Notes: generated by a model not told the origin, from the letters alone. A DNA stretch of 62,186 bases, filler included, from Globobulimina sp. (GCA_003354225.1; 31 parts of 31 records of this genome joined end to end with filler, not necessarily neighbours in it), one strand, 5' to 3'. Positions 13,058 through 25,290 are shown, numbered from the whole stretch's first letter. Numbers and translations: made by a program.

Positions 13058-13630
13058 ATGAACATTTTCAAATGGTTCAGGAAAAAGAAAAAAAAAGAAA
13101 CAAAACCATTGATACAAAAGAAACAAAAAAAGAATATTAAGCATAATAATAATGATAACAACAGCAATAATAACGCAATAACTCAACTTATACCAAATGC
13201 AAATCCAAATGAACATAAATTAAATTCCGATCAAACTCTATTTTCTGTTAAAGATAACAATTCAAAGAAATGTCAATATGGCGCAGCACAGCCAATCAAT
13301 GATAAATCGAATGAGAACAAACAAATCAATGATAATAAATGTAAAGACATTGGAGATATCGCTTGTTCATGGAATTGTAAACAATGCGGAGTGCTGAACA
13401 AATCAAATATTATTGACTCGACGAGAGTGTGTAAGTTATGTAATTTTGCAAATCTACGAAAGACATCAGATGGTTTGAGCAAAGAACACATGTTTCCATC
13501 CATTGTCGAAGCATACAAGCAAACAAAGAGAGTGAAGCAGCTTACAAATAAAGATTGGGACAAAATATTATGTATATCGCTATTGGGAACTAATAAAAAA
13601 CAAATCAATGAATTATTAAATGTTATTTAA
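13058..13630 (+). CDS. Hypothetical protein with a RanBP2-type zinc-finger-like motif
   Basis: WNCKQCGVLN...CKLC; basic N-terminus. Confidence 0.55.
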   Translation: MNIFKWFRKKKKKETKPLIQKKQKKNIKHNNNDNNSNNNAITQLIPNANPNEHKLNSDQTLFSVKDNNSKKCQYGAAQPINDKSNENKQINDNKCKDIGDIACSWNCKQCGVLNKSNIIDSTRVCKLCNFANLRKTSDGLSKEHMFPSIVEAYKQTKRVKQLTNKDWDKILCISLLGTNKKQINELLNVI

Positions 13631-14248
13631 TTAAATACTGTAACGATTTACTAAAACATCTTTATTTTGGAATGCAACTGATGAATGAATGTAAAATTCA
13701 ACTGTTTGATGCATATTTCCACTATTTTCAGAGTAATACTTTCAGAGATTGATTGCATAAGAAATCAATATTTCAGAGCTAGATAAACATTCTTTTTTGT
13801 TTCTGGAACTCTGAAAACGCTTAGTGTGTATACCGTAAATAGTGTTAATGTTCATATACAAACTTGGTTTCAAACTAAAGAAAACACACACACGAAGCTT
13901 ACGTATTTTTGAACAGTCAGTTCATTTATTTATATGAGCTGATATTAATTCAATTGAAGAGCCTTTGTAATAAANNNNNNNNNNNNNNNNNNNNNNNNNN
14001 NNNNNNNNNNNNNNNNNNTTAATTAATTAANNNNNNNNNNNNNNNNNNNNNNNNNNNNNNNNNNNNNNNNNNNNGTCAATTTTTTGTGCAAAACACGCTG
14101 TTGGTTTGCCTTGCCTGCTTGTTAATTATCTGTATGTACAATTTTACATCTCTCAGCTGTGGATATTACTTATTTTGTTCCTACCAATTTTGAACTTTAA
14201 TTTTTGTTTAAATTTTCAGAAAACTCACTGTCATCGCTACGACTCATA

Positions 14249-15704
14249 ATGGCTTTTGCTCTGGCTCACAACATATATTCCAAATCAGTCCGATCAGCAC
14301 AAGTTTATTAACCAACACAAATACTACCTCCAGCATCACAACCCAACACACAAAAAAATACACAGAAATACAACAAAGTCTCGTCATTATTCAGCAAACA
14401 AAAAAGATGTTTAAATTTGCATGAACACCATGCCAAAGATTTATTGGCTCGCCATAACGTCCGTGTTCAACGTGGCATCTTAGCCACCACTCCCGAACAG
14501 GCCAAAGAAAACGCCATCAAATTGCGCGGATTGGGCGCTCGAGACTTAATCTGTAAATCGCAAATCTTAGCCGGTGGCCGCGGTAAAGGCTATTTCGTGG
14601 AAAGCGGCTTCAAAGGCGGTGTAAAAGTGTGTGAATCGCCGGAAGAAATCGAATCTATGGCGGCAGAGATGCTCGGCAAGCATTTAGTTACAAATCAAAC
14701 CGGACCCGAAGGCCAATTCGTAGCCAAAGTTAAACATATAACATATGCGAATTTGCGATGCATATAATATAATATATTCCATTCCATTGCAAACAAAATA
14801 GGTTTTAATCCATGAAGGCGTCGATTTCGACAAAGAATTTTATTTAGCATTCTTATTAGAGCGCGCCTACGATGGCCCCGTGATAATGGGATCGCCGATG
14901 GGCGGCACTGAGATCGAGGAGATCGCCGAAGACTATCCGGACCAAATAAAAACATTACCCATCGACTTGCGGGAAGGGTTAACCGATGCCACGGCGCGCG
15001 AAATGGCGCAGTTTTTGGGCTTTGGCAGCGAAGCTATGGACGATGCATGTACGCAAATGAAGGGTTTATATGACTTATTTATGAAGAATGACTGCATTCA
15101 GGTCGAGATCAACCCGTTTGTGCAGACCACAGCCGCCCATTACGACAGTAAGGTGTATTGCGTGGATGCCAAATTGGGCTTTGATGACTTTGCTGGATAT
15201 AGGAATGGAGAGATATTTACGTGGAAGGACCCCACGATGGAGGATCCGCGAGAAGTGGCGGCGGAAGAGGTGGGACTGAATTATGTGGCATTGGATGGCC
15301 ATATCGGATGTATGGTGAATGGAGCTGGCTTGGCCATGGCCACTATGGATGTGATCAAATTGCATGGCGGTTCGCCTGCGAATTTTTTAGATGTTGGGGG
15401 CGGTGCAAATGAGCAACAGGTTGAGGAAGCATTTAAGATATTGACTTCTGACCCGAAAGTGAAAGGGATATTGATCAATATATTTGGCGGCATTATGAAA
15501 TGCGATGTGGTGGCGAATGGGGTGATTGCTGCGGCGCGGACTGTGGATTTGGAGGCGAAAGGGATTCCATTGGTGGTGCGCTTGGCGGGCACCAATGTGG
15601 ACGAAGGCAAGAAATTATTGGATAATTCAGGATTGAAGATACAATCTGCAAAGGATTTGGATGATGCGGCAGCCAAAGTTGTGGCTGCTTCGAGTGGGAA
15701 TTAA
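14249..15704 (+). CDS. sucC: Mitochondrial succinyl-CoA ligase beta subunit, complete (3 exons)
   Basis: Introns 14303-14365 and 14729-14801. Transit peptide ending QKRCLNLHEH, KSQILAGGRGKG, EINP, IGCMVNGAGLAMATMD, PANFLDVGG, NIFGGIMKCD. Confidence 0.97.
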
Positions 15705-16459
15705 ATAATATATATATTGTTAGCTCTTGATTTGTTCTTTCTGACATAGTTTATAGATTGGTTCGGTTCATTGTTTTTCACGCATTTCAGTCTGCCTCTG
15801 CTCTGTTTTTTGAATTTTAACAGAACTAACTAATCATACATATAGTACTACTCATAAAAAAATCTCAAATTTTTGAAATCAGTCGACTGGTATGAGGGTC
15901 TATCGACCCAATAAATATATTATCATATATTATCTAAATTTACTTAAAGTTGAAAAATTTTTAATTTTTCCGTTTTCTAAAAGTNNNNNNNNNNNNNNNN
16001 NNNNNNNNNNNNNNNNNNNNNNNNNNNNTTAATTAATTAANNNNNNNNNNNNNNNNNNNNNNNNNNNNNNNNNNNNNNNNNNNNTATTTATTTTAAGTTG
16101 AATACTATTCATCACGGAACCTAAGACAGCCATCATTTGTCCGTATTAAGTGTTTTTTTCTATCCTCGCACATAAAGGAACAAATTGCGCGACAAATGAC
16201 CTCAATTCGTCACCTCATGCTCTTTTATTACATTATTCATAAGTCAGCTTCATATAATCTCTGGAAATAATAATGTTTTGCATATTTGCTGACTTCACAG
16301 GAAAATCATAAAGAATCCCGTCAGACATTTTTCTAATCCATACTGCTGCCAAATATTGGCTGAACTTTTATTCGTATTTGAATTTATATAAACGTACAAA
16401 GAGAGGGGGGTGGGTAGTATTAAAAATTAATATTTTTGTGGTTTTGGTGAGACTTTACA

Positions 16460-17407
16460 ATGCCTAAAAATAAAAAGAAACACACAGGAAAGGGTGGCAA
16501 AAAAGGTAACAAAGGCAAAGGGCATGGACAGCAACACAAGAATAAGCAGCACACTAAACAACGAAATAAGAAGTCTCAGCCAAAAAAACAGAACAAGAAT
16601 ACACAATTACATCAAAAACAACAACAGGAACTATTACAAAGCCAAATGAGCGATTGTATAGATTCAATGTATTGGAAACATAGCAAAAAACATGAATCTA
16701 TGAGGACTTTTTTCGGTATCTTCACGAGGCAAAACCAGTTACAATTGAGAGAGTTAATGAAAGCGTCCATTCCCACCATCAATACCCAAATAACGGATAA
16801 ATTATTAAAATCAACGCAACTCGACGACAATAGAGATATCAATCAATTCAGTTTAGTCATTTTATATGTAATAATATCGCAATATCCTTGCACACAAAAC
16901 ACAAAATAGTATTTCTTGGCGATGTAGTAATTGGAGGCTATGTGACTGAATTACTAAACAACAGCAAAGACTGTCGAATCAGAGCGATTTGTATATTGCC
17001 ATATTTTAGAAATTATGGCTTTGGTATGTTATTATTCCTAAATTATTTAATTATTGATGAGTTAAATATATTTTTTAGGTTCGAGGTTGTTGGTAAAGTT
17101 AATAAAAGGCGCAGTCCAACGAAAGAAACTAGTGACGGTCTCTCTTTTTATTGATGAGGAGAACAAGAAAGGCATTGCCTTTTTTGAGAGATTTGGATTT
17201 AAGATTATGCAGCAACAGAATGAGAAAAATGGAATGAAAAAGAATGCAAAAATGGATGAGAAAACGCAAAATAAAGAGGATGATGAGAGTAAAATAAAAA
17301 GCATTAAAATGAGATTGGATTTACGAATATATCGAGGCACCATTATGGTTTTAGTCAAGAAACAATTGAAAAAAGGAGCTATGGCTACTGTCCCTACTGA
17401 TAAATAA
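16460..17407 (+). CDS. GNAT-family N-acetyltransferase (Naa50/RimI-like) with a basic N-terminal extension
   Basis: Introns 16851-16909 and 17024-17078 give ICILPYFRNYGFGSRLL (motif A) and NKKGIAFFERFGF (motif B). Confidence 0.8.
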
Positions 17408-17484
17408 AGACTTTTTCGATTGTTCTATGAAGGAAACATTTTAATTATTGAACAAAATATAATATAATACACAGTACATCATGA

Positions 17485-17994
17485 TCACAAACAAGGATCT
17501 GCGGCATTGTCAGTAGTGTTATGATTATGATTATGATTCCGTTTTTTGATGGCATTGACAATTTTTTTCCTTTTCTCAGATTCCTCGTCGTACCACGCAG
17601 TCCTACAAACGGGGCATTTCCACAGTCCAACTTTAGCGTATTCCATCAAACATTCATAATGAATCGGATGGCCACAAGGCATAAAGAAAGTGACCGGCTC
17701 ACGCGACTTAAATAAATACGTAAAACAGATGGGACAGTCTGATTTTAATGAATTCTCAATACATGGATGTTTCGCATAATATTTATAATTCAAACAACAG
17801 CCACACCTTTGACAATGAATATAATTTGATTTCTTTCCTAAACGACATAATCCACATTCTAAGCAATGAAATATCTCTTTAACATGTTTGTTATCATAAA
17901 ATTTACAAATATCACAATAATATGAAGCTAAACAATATCTATTATTATTATTACTATTTATTGCATGCACTGCTTCTTTACTTTCATCCGAATT
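17485..17994 (-). CDS. RCHY1: Pirh2/RCHY1-like CHY-CTCHY-RING E3 ligase, 5' truncated
   Basis: YYCDICKFYD, FHCLECGLCRLG, HCQRCGCC, and RING CPICF..PCGHPIH..C..CPVC. Confidence 0.85.
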   Translation of the reverse strand, partial: NSDESKEAVHAINSNNNNRYCLASYYCDICKFYDNKHVKEIFHCLECGLCRLGKKSNYIHCQRCGCCLNYKYYAKHPCIENSLKSDCPICFTYLFKSREPVTFFMPCGHPIHYECLMEYAKVGLWKCPVCRTAWYDEESEKRKKIVNAIKKRNHNHNHNTTDNAADPCL

Positions 17995-18094
17995 NNNNNN
18001 NNNNNNNNNNNNNNNNNNNNNNNNNNNNNNNNNNNNNNTTAATTAATTAANNNNNNNNNNNNNNNNNNNNNNNNNNNNNNNNNNNNNNNNNNNN

Positions 18095-18618
18095 TGTACC
18101 GGCATATTATTATTAGTGCCTTCGAGTGCATTTGTTATTGGTGCACTGTCCATATCTATTGTATTATTAGTAGATGTTGTAGATATTTTCTTAGTATTTT
18201 ATATATGTTTTGGATGTAAAATATGTGTTGAAAACGCAATACAAATCTCAAAATATTATACCTATTTACTTGCCATGCATACGGCCATGCCATTCATATC
18301 GGTATGTTTACACATTTTATTTCCATATTTGATATTTGATATATTATATATATCACACAGAGTTATCGTCTTTTATACAATACTATGTTTTTTATTTTGG
18401 TGATTGCGGTGATATTTACACTTTTTGCTGGGATTTTTCTCAAAGTCGCGCAAAAAATGTATGTAGAAGAGTTAGAAGCAAACATACGTAGCAAATCTCT
18501 GGAAAACAGAATGTTGACATCACCAAATCCATTGTCAGGACCTGCATTTACATCTAAACTTAAATCAAATCCATTTACATCAAACGCACATAAATCCAAT
18601 CGATTTAATCATAGTTAA
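18095..18618 (+). CDS. C-terminal part of a multi-pass membrane protein
   Basis: Several hydrophobic helices; intron 18302-18360 joins the two ORFs in frame. Confidence 0.6.
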
Positions 18619-19041
18619 GATTTTGTTGCTGAACATATAATTGCGAGTTTACGTAATAATTATTTATATTTAGATATCATGTTAGAAATGGAAGATAATA
18701 CAATTGTGCCAAAGCAGTTGTAATTATTGTTGACATCACTTCATATCTATCTTTTTATTGTTTTATTTCATATTATATTTGATTGAATTTATTTTGACTT
18801 CCGGCTGCAAACGCGTTCGAGTGCAAATTGTGTGGTGTGTGTGTGAATAATGACATTTTTCAATTTCTACTTCAATTCAATTTTTGGATCCAGATAACTA
18901 ACGTTTTTGGCAACGTTTTCGACAACATTCGTTTTTTAATAGTTTACCATGGCCACAAAAAACGCCACTAAAATGTTTTATTTACAACAAACTAAAATAG
19001 AATACAAGATGTCTGAAATCAGTGTAACGATCGCTGTGTAT

Positions 19042-19536
19042 TTAGTCACTTGATTTCTGTTTTTGAAACTTAATGATTAATTTAGCCACTATTGGTTTGA
19101 GCGCATAATATAAAAGGAATGAGGCGATCGGTTGGAATATAGTCCATGCAACGATGGCAATGAACAATACATCCGCAAAATCTCTGACTCCTTCAAATGC
19201 GTTTTGTTTTAAAGCAGTCATTAAATCGGATATGATGGCTGCAGCTGATGGTACATCTGGGTTTGAACCGAAATTGCCATAATATTTTAAATAGTTTCCC
19301 ATCATAACAAATAACGGTATCATTGCTAATTCAATTGGAGTTACCAATAGATTCACTGCCGTCATTATTGGAATATTGACTGATACAAATAATGTTGAAC
19401 ACAAACAAACAAATGTTGCCATAAATGGCACCGGAAATAATCCCAACGTAATGCCCAAAACAATACTCAATGTCAGTTGTTCCGTTGATACATTTCTAGT
19501 GAAAATAAATTTGATTTTCTTCTTTATCCATTCCAT
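19042..19536 (-). CDS. DUF2062-family membrane protein
   Basis: QLTLSIVLGITLGLFPVP ... AVNLLVTP pattern plus a C-terminal TM helix. Confidence 0.75.
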   Translation of the reverse strand: MEWIKKKIKFIFTRNVSTEQLTLSIVLGITLGLFPVPFMATFVCLCSTLFVSVNIPIMTAVNLLVTPIELAMIPLFVMMGNYLKYYGNFGSNPDVPSAAAIISDLMTALKQNAFEGVRDFADVLFIAIVAWTIFQPIASFLLYYALKPIVAKLIIKFQKQKSSD

Positions 19537-19597
19537 GTCGTTGATTTATTTGTTAGTCAACGGAGTTCCAAGATTTTTGCAGCGTAACATTTTCAAC

Positions 19598-20004
19598 ATG
19601 TCACAGCTGATGTTGCTAACACTGATCGCATTTTTTAATTGTTTCGTCAGCATCCTGCCTCCAGCATCGCCAACAAATGATAAATTCTGTGTTTCGCACT
19701 CAACAATTCCCTCCAAAGTGCATGGAACTTATGAATATATATATTGGGAGCCTGATGTAAACGCTTCTATTTATTACAATAAAAACCTAAATGCATACTT
19801 ATTCCCGTGGATTGTATCAGAAACAAATAAAAGATATAATATTGGACCAGATCCCACAGAAAACGTTGCAGATTCATATTGCCGTATTTCAAACCCACCA
19901 GCTCGATATATATTTAATCCTTTGGATTGCACTCAAAACTTGGAGATGTTGGAAAAAAAATTCATACAAGGGAAGAAAAATAAAAAAAAAAAAAGAAGGT
20001 TCTG
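19598..20004 (+). CDS. Secreted hypothetical protein, N-terminal part
   Basis: Signal-peptide-like MSQLMLLTLIAFFNCFVSILP followed by an aromatic-rich beta-like domain. Confidence 0.5.
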
Positions 20005-20104
20005 NNNNNNNNNNNNNNNNNNNNNNNNNNNNNNNNNNNNNNNNNNNNTTAATTAATTAANNNNNNNNNNNNNNNNNNNNNNNNNNNNNNNNNNNNNNNN
20101 NNNN

Positions 20105-20346
20105 GAAATAATATCTGTCATTACAGGTTTATTTCTAGCTTTTTCAGTTGCATTAAGTCCTTTAGTTAAATTAGCTTGCTGGTCAACATCTATACACAAA
20201 ACATACATCGAATCCATTCCAAATTGCTTCATTTTTGTTATCAAACTTTGTGGTGCCTTTTGCGCTCTTAACCATTCGTCAAAATTATCGCGCGAATCAA
20301 TACTCCCTTCCCCATCATCCTTGGTGTTAACGACTGCCGCACACAT
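20105..20346 (-). CDS. N-terminus of a hypothetical protein, weakly SAM-like
   Basis: FDEWLR..LITKMKQFGMDS pattern; runs off the contig. Confidence 0.3.
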
Positions 20347-20397
20347 TGCTGTTAAGATGTTTTAATATTTGACGGATATTTGAGCTAATTAAGGTCA

Positions 20398-21087
20398 ATG
20401 GCTTGTAACTTCAGACAATTGAAACGTATAAATGAATGTTGTAACTATTCTGTGTTTGGATTTATTAGAAAGGCTCAAACTGAATTGCTGCCAAACCGAA
20501 ATATTTCGTTATTGATCAGTTACATTTGTTTATCCTATTATTATGTGGATGAATTTTTTCAAAAGTATTCCAATGATATAAAGCAAAAATCAAATAAACA
20601 ATTACAATCCAATCGATATCCACAAATTAGTAATAAAGGACATTGGTTGGGAAATGTTGTCGTCCATTCGAGTTCAAATGAAATCGTAAGATGGACGTTT
20701 AAAATCAATCGCATCCGGTCATACTCAATTCGATTTGGAATTGTTTGTAAAAATATCCATAATGAACAACAAGACAATTCCAAACAATTAGAATATGGAT
20801 TTGATGATTATGGACATATCGTGAACAAAAACGCAAAGGCGTACAAAAATGCTGATTTAGTGTTTGCTTCCGGTGACATAGTATCAGTTATATTGGACAC
20901 ACAAAATGCAACAATGAGGTGTCAACTCAAAGATAAAGATGAAGATATATATACATGGGACGATGAAGAGATATTTGATGTTGCGCATAATATACAACAA
21001 GGTGAACAAATTGAATATAAACTGGCAATAACATCAAACGGATCACATAACAACGTATCATTGATTGATTTTAGATGTTCTATGTGA
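20398..21087 (+). CDS. SPRY/B30.2-like domain protein
   Basis: N-terminal VFGFIR..ISLLISYICLSYY helix, WTFKI, IRFGI, FASGDIVSVILD, YKLAI. Confidence 0.7.
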   Translation: MACNFRQLKRINECCNYSVFGFIRKAQTELLPNRNISLLISYICLSYYYVDEFFQKYSNDIKQKSNKQLQSNRYPQISNKGHWLGNVVVHSSSNEIVRWTFKINRIRSYSIRFGIVCKNIHNEQQDNSKQLEYGFDDYGHIVNKNAKAYKNADLVFASGDIVSVILDTQNATMRCQLKDKDEDIYTWDDEEIFDVAHNIQQGEQIEYKLAITSNGSHNNVSLIDFRCSM

Positions 21088-21307
21088 ATATTTTTTCTTT
21101 TGTGTGAATTGTTTCAGTTTCTAAAAACAGCTTAAATGTAAGTTATGTAACATTTTGTTCGTGCAAAAAGTCCGATCAATTATCAAAATTCTCATCATAA
21201 ACAGCCAGATATTTTGATATCTAAATAATATCGGACTTTGTGCACGAATAAAATCTGAACCTAATTAGCGGACAGACAATGTATTCAAAAATAGCAGACA
21301 GACACTC

Positions 21308-22014
21308 TCATAAATTGAAGTTATCATAACTCATAAATGAGTGATATTTTGTGCTATTTATTTTATCACAGCCACAACAGCCTGGCCATGGTGTACACCC
21401 CCAATGACAACAAGGACCACTGCTTTCATTCTCACCTTTGTTAATCTCCGATGGAGCCCACAATCCGGTTGTATTCAATATAAATGCCCATGATTTATTC
21501 ACAGACTCCACAATATTTGCATAATATGGCTGCGTTACATTCACAGGATATGCCTCTCCAACATCATGATACAAATTGAACAAAATCGGTGTTTCCAATA
21601 TAGTTTCACCAGTATTAGACCTACAATCTATATCATGGTAATAATCTGGACAATGACTGCCCGAAGTTATCCAATGTAATTTCCATTGTTTCACTCGAAC
21701 CGCATGCAAAGATTGTTGCCATCCTCTGCTCGGATTTGGGTTTTTTGGCCAATAATAAACCACATCTCGTTTAGATGCACCACCATTTCTATCGAATAGA
21801 AAATCAAACATTGAGTATCCATCATAATATCTATCCTTTGGCATTGCTTCCCCAACTAACTCCGCAATGGTTGGAAATATATCCAACATTGAGCCCATTT
21901 GTCGTGACACCTTACCAGAAGCAACAAGCTCTGGCATCCACGCTATGGCTGGCATTCTATGCCCACCTTCCCAGGTCGTACCCTTTCCGCATTTAAGTGG
22001 CCCAGCATTACCAC
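21308..22014 (-). CDS. Arylsulfatase (ARSA/GALNS-like), C-terminal half
   Basis: GPLKCGKGTTWEGGHRMPAIAW, LDIFPTIAEL, DGYS, AVR..WKLH, LFNL..DVGE. Confidence 0.9.
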
Positions 22015-22114
22015 NNNNNNNNNNNNNNNNNNNNNNNNNNNNNNNNNNNNNNNNNNNNTTAATTAATTAANNNNNNNNNNNNNNNNNNNNNNNNNNNNNN
22101 NNNNNNNNNNNNNN

Positions 22115-22405
22115 AATAAAGAAACACCTCTGACCGAAACAGAAACAGAAACAGATTTCTTTAGAGATAAAAATAAAATGAATTACGGATATATGTCATA
22201 TTATGGAGGATTTAGTGCTGGAGACACAGTTGAAATGATTTTAAATTTACACAATGGAACTTTATCATATTCAGCCAATAATATAGATCATGGTATTATG
22301 TACAACGTGAAACAAGAAAAGGAATTAAATTATATTATGGTAGTTGGTTTATACAATGAGGATGACAAAGTTTCATTGTTGCGATTTTCAGCGTCAAACG
22401 CGTGA
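22115..22405 (+). CDS. SPRY-like domain, C-terminal part
   Basis: FSAGDTVEMILNLHNGTLSYSANNIDHG...YIMVVGL. Confidence 0.7.
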   Translation, partial: NKETPLTETETETDFFRDKNKMNYGYMSYYGGFSAGDTVEMILNLHNGTLSYSANNIDHGIMYNVKQEKELNYIMVVGLYNEDDKVSLLRFSASNA

Positions 22406-22715
22406 GTTTTACTTAAATTAACTAGCCAGATACGTTAAAATTGAATACTTTTGGAAACACCTGGTTTCGAAGGAAAACATTTAAAAATCATACAGAGGTC
22501 CTGAAATTTCATAACTTGGATATTCACGAACCAACCAACATTTGAAAACACCTAACAAAATGAGTCTTGCTGCCATGCAGTTATTGCAAATAAACGTAGT
22601 TTAATAGCAAATTAATTTAAAAAAGAAACACTAGAAAAATTATTAAAATAATTAATACAAAAATTAAAACACTTTAAAGATAAATATATCGAAAGATAAA
22701 TATATCGAAAGATAA

Positions 22716-23166
22716 TTAATATATTTTATTGCAATTTTGTTGACATTCACATTCTGCTTGACATTCATTTGGATATTGCCGTCCATCACTACATTCGACT
22801 GGGTCATAAATCATAGGACACGCACAAAATTGTCGTATGCATGGTATTGCAGGGTCTACACCTATCGGTATGTAAGCTGCTGTATATATATTTTAATTTT
22901 TTTTGTATTCAATTTCAAAACCGAATACCATTTTTTTTTGTATCCAACAAACCTTGACAAAAACGACCAATACAGCTTTCGCCAGCATTACAATTAGAAT
23001 CACCCATACAACATCCAGGCAACCATTGGCATTGTCCGTTGACACAGCCATAGCATGGATTAATGCCACAGTTACCACATATATTTTGTAACAACAACCG
23101 ATTGGTGGCATCACTTGTTGTGCCAAGTAAAAAAATACTACATAACAAACTAATGAAAGGCATCAT
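22716..23166 (-). CDS. Small secreted Cys-rich protein with a C-terminal Kazal-like domain (2 exons)
   Basis: Signal peptide. Intron 22880-22952. Exon 2, absent from the ORF track, encodes CACPMIYDPVECSDGRQYPNECQAECECQQNC. Confidence 0.8.
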
Positions 23167-23274
23167 GGTTGGTGTCTCTTTTGCTATGATTGAAAAATGT
23201 GAGTTAAAGTTTTTCGGAATTTAATACACATCAGAAACTATGAACAAATTTCGTTCAAATATTTTAATTGTCGT

Positions 23275-23853
23275 TTAGCTTTGTAATCCAACAGAGTCTT
23301 CATCATCAGAATTGTGACACTGCCAACATACATTATATCCGACTTCATTGTCCATCATGTTTTTTTCTCCATCAATTCCAGATCGAATTACAATTTCACC
23401 ACATCCATCACAACGCACATTCACTCTCTCCTTTACAAATTCTACTTGCAATTCTGCTGTCTTTTGTTGCACTTCACAGAATTCCAGTTCTGGCCGTTTT
23501 TGTTTCTTTACATGTTCCCAAACATTATCCATATTGAAGTTATAATTTGGATCAATAACTTTCATCATTACCATAGACAGACACATATGGATAATAATAG
23601 ACAGCCATCCCAAAACAATCCATGCCAATATCCTCCAATTATAAGTAGCATTTCTGTACTCCACTTCAGCGCAATATGTACACTCAAATTTTAGAAACGC
23701 AAATATTAATATTATTGACATTAAAACAATGTTCTCCATGATTCGAAATAAATAAATTCTCTTTGAAGTGACAATGACAATGCCGAGTTGAAATATAACG
23801 CCTGCAAAACAAACAACAATCAACGATACTATGCACAATCTAATTATTATCAA
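23275..23853 (-). CDS. Membrane protein with a C-terminal ZZ-like zinc finger
   Basis: Three hydrophobic helices, then VRCDGC...YNVCWQC. Confidence 0.5.
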   Translation of the reverse strand: MIIIRLCIVSLIVVCFAGVIFQLGIVIVTSKRIYLFRIMENIVLMSIILIFAFLKFECTYCAEVEYRNATYNWRILAWIVLGWLSIIIHMCLSMVMMKVIDPNYNFNMDNVWEHVKKQKRPELEFCEVQQKTAELQVEFVKERVNVRCDGCGEIVIRSGIDGEKNMMDNEVGYNVCWQCHNSDDEDSVGLQS

Positions 23854-24124
23854 AGATTACATTCAATTCCATGTATATATTAATATATAAATAGTTCATA
23901 CACTGCACAGCAGGCACATCCTGTCAGCCCTTTTGCAATGCTCTCGTTGTTCTGCAGTCGCGTTTTGTAAATCTTGCATAAACGACCGAAACAACACTCG
24001 TTTGCCATGATACGCGCTGCAGATNNNNNNNNNNNNNNNNNNNNNNNNNNNNNNNNNNNNNNNNNNNNTTAATTAATTAANNNNNNNNNNNNNNNNNNNN
24101 NNNNNNNNNNNNNNNNNNNNNNNN

Positions 24125-25232
24125 TGCGTGGATCCCTTAACTTTTATTTTATTCACATTTATAACATAAAAAACACATAAATCAGTCCCTGATGCGATTG
24201 CGGCAAAATTAAATCTAAAATATTGTTTTGGATGTAACTCAATCGTATGCGATGAGGTTGGATCAATAAAATGCAGCGATGATGATACTTTATTACAAAT
24301 CATTAATGGTGAATGTCCACCGCATTTGTTTTGCAGTGCCAATGGTATTAAACATAAATCATTCAAACAAATCGATGCTAAATCACAATAATAGGTTGTC
24401 TGTGTACGTGTATATTAATTAATATTATATTAGATATTCTGTGCAATTTAATATAACATACCTTATATTTTTGAATATTGTTTTTGCCGCAATTTTTGCT
24501 GTTTGCTATTTGCTGTTTTTTGACATTTGTATTGATTGCAATTATATCATTTAAGTGACTGATAAAAAATATGGCCATTGATTCTTTAGCAAAATAAAAA
24601 TAAAATGCATTTTTCTGTTGTTGGATGGTAATACAGTCTGTAAGGGATTGATGGTGATGTTTAATTAATAATTGTTCAAGAAACAGAAATGAACGAAAAT
24701 GGTTTACATTCTCATTTTGTTGCACGCGAACACATGATTTCCAACTTAAATATAAATCTGATGATATTTTGCATTCTTTGCAAATTATAGTTTCAATTTT
24801 AAATTCAACACAAAATATGCCATCAATAGTAATATATTTATCAGTATCAAATATTACGTCTTTTTGTAAATGTATTTCAATCACAATTCTTTTCTTCAAT
24901 GCATTAATTTTATTATCGATAAATGATGATTTTACGATTTTATTTTCTTTTTTATGTAAACCTTTAATTTTCCGTAATAACATATCTTTTAAATCCGGTG
25001 CTCCAATTTCTGATACTTTCCAGTGTGAATTGAAACTGCTATACCATCTTTTGCAAGAATCACATTGTTTTATGCTCAATTTTTCATTTTTTTTTACAAT
25101 TTCTGATGTGATATCAATTTCAGAACTCAAACATTTTAAACACAACATCCTATCATTTGGTTTAAATGGACAACCACAAATTGGGCATAAAATGTAGTTG
25201 ATGGCTTCATCGCGTATGATGACTGGAAGCAT
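24125..25232 (-). CDS. NMD3: 60S export adaptor NMD3 (divergent), 3' truncated
   Basis: ILCPICG..N..MLCLKCL..DIT, four CxxC pairs, HFRSFLFLEQLLIKH. Intron 24400-24461 gives KYKTTYYCDLASICLNDLCLIP. Confidence 0.85.
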
Positions 25233-25290
25233 TATGTAATATTTATGTAGTAGTCACTTGGGATTTGTTTGCTGTTTTACTTAAAAAACA

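Noticed and set aside
19376-19597. N-terminal part of the 226-aa ORF overlapping DUF2062
   Set aside because: It is an antisense shadow; the signal-peptide ATG at 19598 is the better start.
22676-22714. 16-bp tandem duplication (aaagataaatatatcg) just after the Kazal gene stop
   Set aside because: About 2.5 copies in an AT-rich UTR, consistent with ordinary slippage.
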